Part shown: piece by piece, positions 52,391-63,679 of the stretch
Layout of the letters: each line of letters starts with the position of its first letter
How positions within the stretch are numbered: position 1 is the first letter of the stretch
NCBI RefSeq assembly: GCF_006345805.1
Contig: NC_043011.1
Span: 19,356,464-19,420,463 of the forward strand
DNA: 64,000 nucleotides
Source of the DNA: Octopus sinensis
Lineage: Eukaryota
Reading direction: 5' to 3'
Notes under the pieces: generated by a model
What the model was told of the DNA's origin: nothing
What the model saw: only the letters and a program-made list of their open reading frames with translations
The model's database searches: none
Position numbers and translations under genes: made by a program

Positions 52391-52655
52391 CCTGATGATG
52401 GGTAAGACCCAGAAACATGCATGTCTTTCAGGTGTGAATCCTAGCTGTTGTGGGTGCTTGCCTCCCCTTCGCAAATATAAGAACACAAGAAATGTGTCAA
52501 AGCTGACAGGAAGCGTCGATGCTTCCTAGGGCTAAACAGCGGTGAGTAATTCCCTTACGGGACTGTCACGTAATGGTGACGGTATACCACCTCTCTATCG
52601 CTCTACCACCGCTCATGTCTCTTTGAGACATTTAGAAATTCAGTATTTCTAATTA
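52391..52655 (+). mobile_element. Hammerhead-bearing direct repeat, left copy
   Basis: CTGATGA (52392) TGGGT aag ACCCA GAAAC ATGCAT GTC (cleavage after 52425); the stem I 5' strand is replaced by (TA)n. Confidence 0.85.
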
Positions 52656-52815
52656 CGGTGACCAGTGAATAGATTTCACTGTAAATATATATATATATTT
52701 ACGAAGGCTGGGCAGGCATCTCAACTATCAGGTCTCGCTACTTGGAAGTGTCTGTGTGAGGTTGTCGGATTTTCGGTTGTGAGTTGGATTTATTGATTGT
52801 TGTTGTTGGTAACTG

Positions 52816-54221
52816 TTGCGTCGTGTTGAATTGTTGGATCTTTTGTTGGGTATGCAAGCCCAAACGTATGCGGGAGCGGCAGTCAAGGGCCTGGCTGCGA
52901 ACGAATTACAGTTGGAAGAAGTGGTTGTCGAGAAGAGAAGTTTGAGGAAGTGCTTCGACGGCTTCAAGAAGGAAGGAGACTGTCTGAGGGTTGTGCCACC
53001 TGAGGACGAACTGAAAGGGGCGGAGAGGGGAACCATAACATACAGAACATGGAATGTGGTCTCAAGGAGAATAGAAGTAGCAGAGGTGGAGGAGATTGGG
53101 AAGTGTTTGCAGGAAGTTGAAGGAAGAACTGCCTTCTGCAGTAGAGGTGGAAAATGCGCTACGGTGGACGTTCGTTTTGAAAATGAAGACGAAGCGAGGA
53201 GGAGCGCAGCGACAGTGTTGAGATCGGAGAAATGGGTTTTGCTTCCTGGTTATTGTGGAAGAGGAGCAGTGAGGATGCGAATAAGCGGAATCCCATCGGA
53301 ACTTGATGCCGAAAGAATAGTAGCTGCAATGATCTGCAACTGCAAGGATAGCGTGGACGTGCTTAGGGTGGAAAGGTCGAAAGAAATAAACTGGTGGGGT
53401 TGTGCGGAGCAGGCTTCGGTCCACATGACCATGCCAGATTTGTGTAACATCCCGAAGAGTTGGTGTTCCCCAACGAGATACGCCTGAGAGTCGTGGTGGA
53501 GGAGAGACCTCCAATGTGTTATAAATGTAAGATCAGAGGGAGCATGAAGGATGTGTGTCCTCAAAGAGAAATACAAGAGAAGAGGATAACACTGGAGGAA
53601 GGAATGGGGCTTTGACAGAGGAGTTAGAAAAGGAGGATGTGGAATTGCAAGCGGAAGAGGAAATCGTGACAACAGATAATGTGGAAAGTGGCGACGAGTT
53701 AGTGAAGGTGAAAGAAAAGCAAAGAAAGAGGAGAGAAAGCGAACATGGGTGGAATCACCACCCAAAGACCAAAAAAAGAAAAAAAACTAAAAAGAAGTCT
53801 GCCGACGAGACAGAGGATCGAACGCATGAAGGGAGAGATACTGAAACTAAAGTGAGTGAAGGTTCAACGTGGGATGAAACGAATAAATGGTCAACAAAAG
53901 AGGAAGAATGTCTGAAAACATGCAAGGAAGGAAGAAGACCAAAAGGAAAAAATCTCAAAGCTGTAATGTTGTACAAGAAGGATAAAGAAATTGAGATAAT
54001 TAGCGATAATGAAAAATCTAACGAGAGTGAAATTGAACCCGAAGATATACGATAACCAAATAAAGGCTGCAATTGTGGATAAAGAGACGGTAAATAGATT
54101 AATAAATGTGTTTTCAAATACAGCTGTGTGCATAGCGCACTACGTTCGATATGACAGTTTGCCCGGCGTTATAGAACACGATGAATTACTCGCTTACATT
54201 ACTGACGAACACCCCAGGTAG
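52816..54221 (+). pseudogene. LINE ORF1/Gag-like nucleic-acid-binding protein, frameshifted (L1/Tx1-like)
   Basis: RRM-like region (TVDVRFENEDEARR...LLPGYCGR...MRISGIPSELD), knuckle CYKCKIRGSMKDVC at 53517-53558 (CX2CX4SX4C, His replaced), charged C-terminal part; about three frameshifts join the pieces. Confidence 0.7.
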
Positions 54222-54419
54222 TACAACTGTTATTGTAAATTAAACTGCGAGCTTTGGGGGGCTCGTAAGCCATTTCATTTAATTCATTATTAATATTTCA
54301 TTTCATATCATCTTTTCTATATTTTTGTTATATGTACCCCATGTCCTGTATTGTATTGTTATGCCCCCCCCTCTTCATTCGGGCCACTGTGCCTATAATA
54401 AAGATTTTAACAAGCAGGG

Positions 54420-54640
54420 CTCACTATCCTGGACTGATGACGGGTAAGACCCAGAAACATGCATGTCTTCAGTTGTGAATCCTAGTTGTTGGGGGTCCTT
54501 GCCTCCCCTTCGCAATTATAAGGACACAGAAAATGCGTCAAAGCCGACAGGAAGTGTCGATGCTTCCTAGGGCTAAACAGCAGTGTGGTAACTCCCTTAC
54601 GGGAATGTCACGTTATGTTGACAGTATGCAACCACTCCTC
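54420..54640 (+). mobile_element. Hammerhead-bearing direct repeat, right copy
   Basis: Aligns with 52392-52600 at roughly 85-90% by eye. Confidence 0.85.
54421..54478 (+). ncRNA. Minimal type I hammerhead ribozyme, core intact
   Basis: Stem I CTGGA/TTCAG (extended TCAC/GTGA), CTGATGA 54434-54440, stem II GGGT-aag-ACCC (C.A mismatch at base), GAAA 54454-54457, stem III palindrome ACATGCATGT, GTC triplet with cleavage after 54467. Confidence 0.85.
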
Positions 54641-55047
54641 TCTCTCTCTCTCTTTATATATATATATAATATATATATATATATATTATATATATATATA
54701 TATATATTTATATACACACATACATACATACCTACATATTTGTATTCCCATATTTCTTGAATAGTCCTGTTTAGACACACATCTGCTGCTGCTGCTGGAT
54801 AACTTTTCCGGAACGTTCGTCGACGCCGAAAGTTTATGAACAACGAATGTCTCCGACCGGGCGAGACAACATGCCTCTATGGACAGAAACTGGTAGATAT
54901 CTATATTTCGCCATTGTTGTAGCTGATCATTAACATGTACTCGCATCTCCTCCAAACGGAATGAATCGCTCGCTTGGGATTTACTTGTAATAGAGTTAAG
55001 TCTTGAGTGCTGATGTACTGGGGTGTAGCACATGAATGAAAACTAAA

Positions 55048-55429
55048 TCTTTATATATAAAAGTGAGGTTGTATGATGTCTGTCTCCTACGATTTAGATT
55101 CCTAACTACTCCCACATCTTGCGGTGCAGTGTAACCAAAAGCGGGTATCTTATAGTCGTGATTCATATCGAGCCCTTATGGGTATTAGCGCGCGTCTACG
55201 ATGAGTCTACGATTAAAAAATAAAATTACCATCATTGTTTCCCATTTTTAATGCATTTTTTGCTATTATATAAGGGAAGTGACTCTCTAAAAATGTATTA
55301 TTAAATCTCAGAACGTAAAAAGCTACAGTAACAACCCCTTTGTGGTTAGCTATATTGAGATGGCTATTATACTTTACATCTCTAAAAATGCTTATATAGT
55401 TATTTCCCTTACAAACCCGAGCAACGGGT
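55048..55429 (+). mobile_element. Non-autonomous Helitron-like element
   Basis: Starts A|TCTTTATATATAAAAG; 3' hairpin acccg-agcaa-cgggt at 55415-55429; terminal CTRR not seen. Confidence 0.45.
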
Positions 55430-55539
55430 TATGAATAAAAACCAGCCCCATCACAAACAATATGTATCTGCGACCGATAATGTTTGCTTTACTAGCGTTG
55501 CTTAGAATTCGTAATTTGTGTTTTCTGTGTAATACATCC

Positions 55540-56040
55540 CATGAATTCAAGACCGTCATTGAGAAAGATCCACGTAAAATCACCTGAGAACTAGCAAAAT
55601 AACTTCACGTTAGCAAGAAAACTGACTTAAACCATTTGCATACTATTGGAAAATCAAAAAAAGCTGGAAAAATGAGTAACACACGATTTGAATGAAATTC
55701 AGATATGAAATTTTCATATCGCTTCTTCTCCGTACATTGGCGGACCATTTTCTCGACCGTATAGTAACTTGCGATGACAATTATATGCTGTACAATAATA
55801 TCAAACGTTCTTCGCAGTGACTGGACCAAAACCAGAGCACTTCAAAAAGAAAGTTATGGTGACTGTTTGGTGGTGTACTGCTGGATTTTTCCATTATAAC
55901 TATTTAAAACCCGGAAAAACCATTACTGATAAAACATGTTGCCATGAAATTGTCAAAATAAAAGAAAAACCGCTACTAATCCGTCCATGACTGGACAACA
56001 GAAGAGGACCAATCACACTTCAGAAGAGTGCTCGAGTGCT
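55540..56040 (+). mobile_element. Mariner transposase relic (central part)
   Basis: VIEKDPRKIT.ELA...FLDRIVTCDD...KKVMVTVWW..AG...YLKPGKTIT. Confidence 0.75.
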
Positions 56041-56733
56041 CAACTGAAATGTGAAAGGAATTTTGTATAAATAGCAATTGTAAACATATATCTAGGATTG
56101 TACTTGTTATAGAAAAATAATTGCTTTGTATCATTAACTATTATTATGGAAGTTTAAGTGACTATAGAGTAGGAGACAATATTTTGAATACAATTGAATG
56201 AATCATTCTTATAGAACAAAGTAGATTTTATGAGTACAAGGAAACATAACACACTGGAAAATGCAATGAGATTAGAAGTGAATAGACATATACTGGACAC
56301 AGCCGTTTTGTTATAGCATATATAAAAGCGTAATAAAATTTTGAAACAAATATACGTAGAAATGCATACGTCTACTTAAATCTCCAAGTTGATAAACGTG
56401 TAATTGTCTTAACTAATTTTATATATTTATCGGAATGTGTGTTTATCAGGATAAATATGAAATCTTATTAAGAGTATTATTGTGTAGAATCTAATTAAAT
56501 GCAATTGAAATAAAGAGCTACGTACGTAACTTGAAAGATTGTGGGTATATCTTGTGGATATTAGATTTATTATGTAGCAGTAAGCTTTAGTTCAGTGATA
56601 ATGCAAGCAAATGTAGGTTGTGTTAAACTACGTACATTTACATAAAATATAGACAGAAGAGAACGTCATCATTTGATTTTCAATACAGGCTTGCTTGGGT
56701 GTCGCTAAGGCAATAACTGTGTAAGCTTTAAAA

Positions 56734-56918
56734 GGCGGCGAGCTGGCAGAATCGTTAGCACGCCGGGCGAAATGCGTAGCCGTATTTCGTCTGCCGTTAC
56801 GTTGTGAGTTCAAATTAAGTACCAGTTACGCACTGGGGTCGATGTAATCGACTTAATCCCTTTGTTTTTCCTTGTTTGTCCCCTCTATGTTTAGCCCCTT
56901 GTGGGCAATAAAGAAATA
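56734..56918 (+). mobile_element. SINE family C with internal deletion and 19-bp TSD
   Basis: caaatt joined directly to aagtacc; aataactg(t/a)gtaagcttta at 56712-56730 and 56919-56937. Confidence 0.88.
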
Positions 56919-56987
56919 AATAACTGAGTAAGCTTTATTTTATGAGTGTGAATGGAATTTTTCTTATCCTCGTTAATAAATGTACTT

Positions 56988-57290
56988 TATTGTTTTGAGT
57001 CCAATATATTGCAATATTTTGCAATTTATTTGCTGTATTCATCAAATTACAAGAAAAGCAGGCAGGCTAGTGTTCAAAGTACAGACCATCGTGTCACACT
57101 TTCTGAAGCCTCCTTTCTGCCAGTTCTTGAACCCGCGCAGTTACCAGTTCATGTCTGGTAATCAAATAACTCCTTTACACAAGCTTCAACTTCCTCTTGA
57201 TGTATGAATCGTCGCGCGCGCAGGAAATGTGCCATGACTCGGAACATTAATCCGAGGAAACTAAGTCCGGCAATATTATCAGTGTGGCAT
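56988..57290 (-). mobile_element. Mariner 3' end relic
   Basis: Minus strand MAHFLRARRFIHQEEVEACVKE...QELAER...HDGLYFEH then TIR-like end. Confidence 0.65.
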
Positions 57291-57370
57291 CAGATCGATT
57301 TCCTCTGATCTTTGGAACTTATTCCGAGTCGTTCGAATAGTATGAGACTTGGCGATGTATTGCTGCAGAA

Positions 57371-57748
57371 GAGGTGCAATGGCCCAGTTGCTAGGGTAGC
57401 GGACTCGCGGCCATAGGATTGCGGTTACGATTCCCAGACCGGGAGTTGTGAGTGTTTATTGGGCGAAAACATCTAAAGCTCCACGATGCTCTGGTAGGGG
57501 TGGGTGGTGAACCTTGCTGTACTCTTTCACCACAACTTTCTGCCACTCTTATTTCCTGCTTCTGTTTTGTCCGTAATTCAAAGGGCCAGCCTTGTCACAC
57601 TCTGTGCCACGCTGAATATCCCGAGAACTACGTTAAGGGTACACGTGGAGTGCTCAGCCACTTGCCCGTTAATATTACGAGAAGGCTGTTCCGTTGATCG
57701 GATCAACTGGAACCCTCGTCACCGTAAGCGACGGAGTGCCACTACTAC
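57371..57748 (+). mobile_element. tRNA-derived SINE, family A, tail type 3
   Basis: Family A head; distinct 3' half ending ccctcgtcaccgtaagcgacggagtgcc(act)n. Confidence 0.85.
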
Positions 57749-57799
57749 AGAAATTCTCGGTTTGTGTTAAATAATACTGTATATTTTTCCTGCACAATA

Positions 57800-58256
57800 G
57801 CATAATATCCGCTCCATATGTTTGACGCACTGGTTGACATCAATAGTTCGACAATCCGGAACAAACTCAAAGTGAATTATCCCCTCATAAATCCACTATG
57901 AAGCATCATCTCCTGTTTAAAACGCCCATGATTGGCAAGAGCTTCTGGAAGTCGGCCCTTGTTTCACCATTACTTATGCACATTAGGTTTGCGGAAAATT
58001 ATTTCCCGCTAACTATTACTTGTTCTAACCCATGGCTCACTTCCTGCGCTCACGACGTTTCATCAGCCAAGAGGAAGTGGAAGCTTGTGTAAAGACATTT
58101 TCCACATCGAAAGAAAAGAACTGGGATCAAAGAACTGTTTAAAAAGGTGATCGGACGGTACGAATTTACTGCCTCTATTTTGAATGTTATGTTGATTTTG
58201 ACAAAAAAGCATATGAATTACCAAAATATTGCAAATAATTTTGAAACAACGCAATA
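57800..58256 (+). mobile_element. Mariner relic with 3' end
   Basis: MAHFLRSRRFISQEEVEACVK; ends gcaaataattttgaaacaacgcaata. Confidence 0.6.
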
Positions 58257-59184
58257 TTATATGAATTATAATGGTCTAGAACGTGAGAAGGCGAATAATT
58301 TGTATTCATAGTATATTAAAGAAAAGTCTAAAGATTTTTGTATAAAAATCGCAAATAGGAAAAGTTTAAGTTACTCCACTTAGTTTTAAACTGTATAGAT
58401 ATGAAAACTTTGTAGTCGATACTTCATAATGATAAATTAGAATCACCTTGAAGTGTAAACAATTCTCATAATTACAAGCAATTATGTTTTCTACACCAGC
58501 TAAGTGGGTTTGAAAAACCATGTCAAATCAATGAGATTAGTTATATGTTAATTGCAATCTTGCATTTTTCTTCAAGGTGAAATTACAGTTAATGGGCACC
58601 ATTATTTCAGCTCTTACGTCAATTTCAAGAACCGGTGACTTTTTTTTTAAGTGCAAATGCTATTAAAAATATTCCTATTTCTAACTGTAGGTTTTTGTCA
58701 TATTATAATGTAGAAAATTGTGGCAGGAATGTTTCTGAGCTTCATCGTGATTTTGGTCTTATTTGATGGAACGATATTTTAATCTTATTTTGATTTTTCA
58801 CTTCTTTTGGGATTTAGACATTGATGGAATAATTACTGTGAATTCTAAATATTTTATTTTTTACATTTTTTGCAACTAATATTTTATATACAATTAGCAT
58901 ACGCAGACCATATTCGAGTGACAGAACAAAATCTGTGTTGAGACACGTAATTTGTATTAAAAGCAATATTTTCATTTTCTATCATTTTTAGTAAGACTTT
59001 TTTGCCATCCATCTCAGTAATTCGATGACGTGCTTTCTGGTTTAAGGGAAAAACTTTTAATGACAATTTTATTTGAACTTACCGCAAAATGTGAATGAAT
59101 TGATAAATTCGCTCCCTTCAGCATTGGTAAGTTATAATGTATGAAATGCGAGACCAAGTATATGTAAGACATTGTACAGTGCAA

Positions 59185-60755
59185 AACAACTGTCTATCCC
59201 GGTTTTCAAACAGGGAAACAGATCCCTCGCAGTCAACTATCGCCCAATCTCACTCACCTCTCACGTCATTAAAGTGTTTGAAAGAGTGGTAAGATCAAGG
59301 ATAGCTGACTTCCTGGAGACCCACAAACTCCTAAATGCAAATCAGCATGGCTTTCGCTGTGGCAGGGACTGTCTAACACAGCTCTTACATCACATTGAAG
59401 ATGTACTCAAAGCCTTGGGAAGGTTCGAACTCTGACATATATCTTGATTTCAGTAAAGCGCTCGACAGGGTAGACCATAATATCCTACTCTCAAAATTGG
59501 CAAATGTTGGAATCCGTGGAAAAGTTCTACACTGGATTAAGTATTTCCTGGCGAATAGAACACAACATGTTGTAGTTGATGGAGTCCACTCAAGCCCAGT
59601 AAAAGTCACCAGCGGTGTTCCCCAGGGGACTGTTTTGGGTCCGCTACTCTTCATAATTTACATAAACGACCTTTCCAGTCTCGTACATTACTGCAAAGTG
59701 AAAATATTTGCTGATGACACTAAGCTCCAGCAAATCGTCAATGAAGAAGCAGACCGAACTCAACTCCAGTCTGATCTATATGCTGTGAGTCAATGGGCAG
59801 ACAGAAACAAAATGAAACTGAATGAGGGAAAATATGAGCTGATGCATTTTGGAAGAAATTCCTCACTAAAACAACCATACTCTCTTCCTTCAGGGGAACC
59901 GCTCACAGCCTCTAACAATATCAGAGATCTGGGTGTAATTGTTGATGACGATCTCAGTTGGAGTGCACACATCAACAAGAAGGTCGATATAGCTCGTAGG
60001 ATGAGTTCCTGGATCTTAAGAACTTTCCGGTCCAGAGAACAAGGTGTCATCATACCACTTTTTTCCTCCTTTGTACGGCCACACCTTGAATACTGCTGCC
60101 CACTGTGGTCTCCTCATACAAGACAAAACATCTCCAAAATTGAGTCACCCTAGAGGGCACTCACTAAACGGATTGAAGGCATGGCTGCTCTCGATTATTG
60201 GGATCGCCTTAAAGCCTTGAAACTTTACTCCCTCCAGCGTCGCCCTGAGCAGTACATCATTTGTACGATGTGGAGAATATACCGCCAACTTTGCCCAAAC
60301 GACCTTAACATTAGCTTCAAGGTTCATCCAAGACTGGGACCACGGGCCATACGTCCCCTGCCCAATTCAAGATCACAACATACATGTACACTGCAACATA
60401 ATTTCTTTTCCTCAACAGGCCCTGCCCTATTTAATATTGTCCCGAGGGAGATCAAAGAGGAAAATGATCCCATCAACTTTAAATGGAGTCTGGATAGATT
60501 CCTTCAAAGAATACCAGATAAGCCACCCATAATTGGATACAACTCACCCAACAAGAACTCAATACTTGAACAAAACTTGATACAACTCACCCAACAAGAA
60601 CTCACTACTTGAACAAAACTTGACTTAAACAAAACTTGACTTAAACAAAACTTGACTTAAACAATATTCGAATAATCCTATCAGGTGGTGCTATTAAGTT
60701 AGACATGGCCTAGACCAATCTTTGGTCGAAACATATCTAAGTTTATCTAAGTTTA
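59185..60755 (+). mobile_element. 5'-truncated CR1-clade LINE (RT domain to 3' tail)
   Basis: NYRPISLTS, NQHGFR, YLDFSKALDRVDH, SGVPQGTVLGPLLFIIYINDL, FADDTKL, RPHLEYCCPLWSPH; few lesions; 3' hairpin gacca-atctt-tggtc and (tatctaagtt)2 tail. Confidence 0.93.
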
Positions 60756-61749
60756 TTTATATAAAAGTAAACATGAGCAAGTGTTGCTGTTGTGAATAAA
60801 TTAAAATCAAAAGAATATGCTGATATGTTTTAGCAGTAAAGTTTAGAAGAGATAGAAGTTTCATGTTATTTTGAATAAATACCCTTTAGGTGTACTCTAG
60901 AAAATATAAAATATGTAAAACAGACACATCAAAGGTCTATGTTCTTTTCAATTAATTCTGTAAGAGAGATAATCTAGCTAGCCGTCCGAATATGTTTATA
61001 TAAATACTAAATGTTTTCCTGTACATCAGTAAAGAAATCTATTATAGAATAGTGGTTATTTAACATGTTATTGTAGGTGCTTTATGAAGACGTCCTGAAT
61101 AAACTGAATGGAAAGTTCTTTTATGAGAAAGAATTGTTTTTTATGATTATAAGTAATTTATACACACTAAAATAGAATAACATTGGGAGCAAATGAGATC
61201 TACAAAACTATATGATGGGAATTTTCTTTACTACGTTATCTTTGTTTAACAGCACACCAGGTTTTTTAACCTTTACACACAGATTATATAAATGTTTGAC
61301 ATGCGAATGCTAAAGGTTACCCTAACAGGTAAACTTTTAAAACAGTACCAATATACCATCGAAAATAGTACATAAAACACTCATAATCTTAACGATACTT
61401 CATTAACTGTTAGTCTATAAAGGGAAACTACATTAAATATATAGCAGCATTTTTGTGTAGATATCATATCGCATTTTGAACTGAAGCGTTTAGCTAAATG
61501 TCGATTATAAACCTTTATTTCATTACACTTTGGGAATTGAAATATTATAGTATATAATTTACACTGTATAAATTTGTGATTACTGATGCAACTGTTTCCC
61601 AACATACCGATTGTTTTTCTACGGTATAAAATACATCCATTTCATCATGACAAATAAGAATTAAAACTAAAATGTCATTTATGTCGGGAATGGAAAAAAA
61701 GTAACTTATACAATATTCACGCATTTCCAGCAAGTTTTCTTTATAGCGA

Positions 61750-63570
61750 TGATTTTTCTTTATCTGTAAGTATTATTTTGTAGTCTATCTCATCCATTCA
61801 AGACTTCATCTAAGATCCAGGAACGGGGAATCATGTCATAAACTTTCATGTAACTGATCGATGTCATATCCAGATTAGTGTGTCTTTATTTAAAGTCTAT
61901 CAGAAGATGTCTCTTTGTTCTTTCTCTTGCACCCTTCCCTTCCACTGGCACCCTGCCTTTCATTTCAATTATTCATACAAAAAATCAGACATTATTATTG
62001 TCACCAGCTTCTACATCAAGGGTAGACAGGAAATTGACTTTTTTTTTGTTCGTTCCTTCTCGATCCAATTCCTGGCTCATAAGGGCCAGTTTTCCGGTTT
62101 CCTCGGCGTATAGGTTCCCCACCTGGACGGGACGCTGGTCCGTTGCAGTGAGCTGCAAGATGCAGGAGGAAAGAGTGAGAGAAAGTTGTAGCGAAGGATT
62201 CAGCAGAAGTTCGTCATTACCTTCTGCCGGAGCCGAGTGGAGCTTAGGTGTTTCACTCATAAACACACACATCGCCCGGTCTGGGATTCGAACCCGCGAA
62301 CCCTCGATCGGAAGTCCGCTGCTCTAACCACCAGGCCATGTGCCTCCACCAGGAGATTGACTGGTGAATATCCACTGCATTACCTTAATCGAGTTCCTTT
62401 TGGCAAAGGACCATTTTCCCAATGGTCACCTACTTTGTGATTTCCACTCTGTTGTTAATTATTTCAAACGTTTGTGCAATTATTCTTTCGGGTTATGATG
62501 GAAAACGTTTCAGCCACAACCCTGGCTCGCCGTCGGACCTTGCCATTTCCAGTTTGGTACCTTTGTTGCTAGCTCGGTCAGTAATTAAATTGATATCCTT
62601 TTTATTGTTCGGTTTCATTTCAATTATCGCCAATGTGAATTCCTTCAACCATTCATCTTATTTCTTATGCTTCCTTTCGTTATCCCAAATTTTACTCCAA
62701 AACCTCTTACTTCCTTCGGTGGGGTTTCTGAATGCTGTTAAATTTTTCTGTTCAGATGCCGATAAACGCTTTTCTGATCCTTTGGAACAATTTATTGATC
62801 TTATATTGTTCAATTTTACGATCATATCTCTTCATCTTAGCCGACAGCTTTATATTTAACTCCATTTCCTTTATCCTATATCTATGTTTTAGTTGCTGAT
62901 AGCTCTCCTTCTTCCTGATTTCACCTTGTTTCTTTGTTTCCAGGATGTCGATATGTTTTTATATTTCGTTCATTGATTGCTTTATCCTTCTTTTCAACAA
63001 AAATTATTTTGCTACATTTACTCTGTTAAGATTTGGTTGAAGGCCTACTTTCTTTCCTATGTAAATCATACAAGATTTAATCAAGCTAACCATTCCAGTG
63101 ATATTATCCGTCTTAATGTCCTCAGTATTTTATTCACTTTGCGAGTCCATCCCCTGTGCAAAATTCTATCTACGTTCTTGAATTTATTTACTTCCATATC
63201 TAGACTTTTCTCAATGTTACCAGTGATCTCTTCGATCATTCCTCTATGGTCATTACTCAGGCATTTTACATTCTCAACACTAAAACCAAATTCATTCTCC
63301 TGGATAGCTTCATTCAAAATAATCTCCTCAGCATTCTCCCCATCCACTTTATCTTCAATCACTGTGTTTTAATTCGTAACCTATTCTTCAAGTTCTAACA
63401 ATATTATCGTTGCCTGGTCACACAGTCTCTGTTCCACCTAAGCCCTGAGTCTCTATCTCGATGCCCCGCAGTCTCTTTCTATACACTCTTATGGACTCCC
63501 TGTCATCATCAACGGTTCTGCCCAAAAGATAGCATTCCACGACATCTATATTCCTTGCCATATTTTTTTG
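61750..63570 (-). mobile_element. Degraded R4/Dong-type LINE (N-terminus to start of RT), interrupted by a SINE
   Basis: VVECYLL...YRKR, RFWSKIWDN, LWLKRFPS, PISCLPLM, YDMIPRSWIL in the expected order. Confidence 0.7.
62040..62349 (-). mobile_element. SINE family A, tail type 2, with 13-bp TSD
   Basis: cagga(a/g)attgact at 62027-62039 and 62350-62362. Confidence 0.9.
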
Positions 63571-63679
63571 GCAGTCGCATAATGACGACTAGACATGTGC
63601 TGCTCACCCACATGACACGGCCTCTCCTTCGACAGTGCTTCAGTAAAGATGCAGAATGACCTCAGCTGTAATTCCAATA

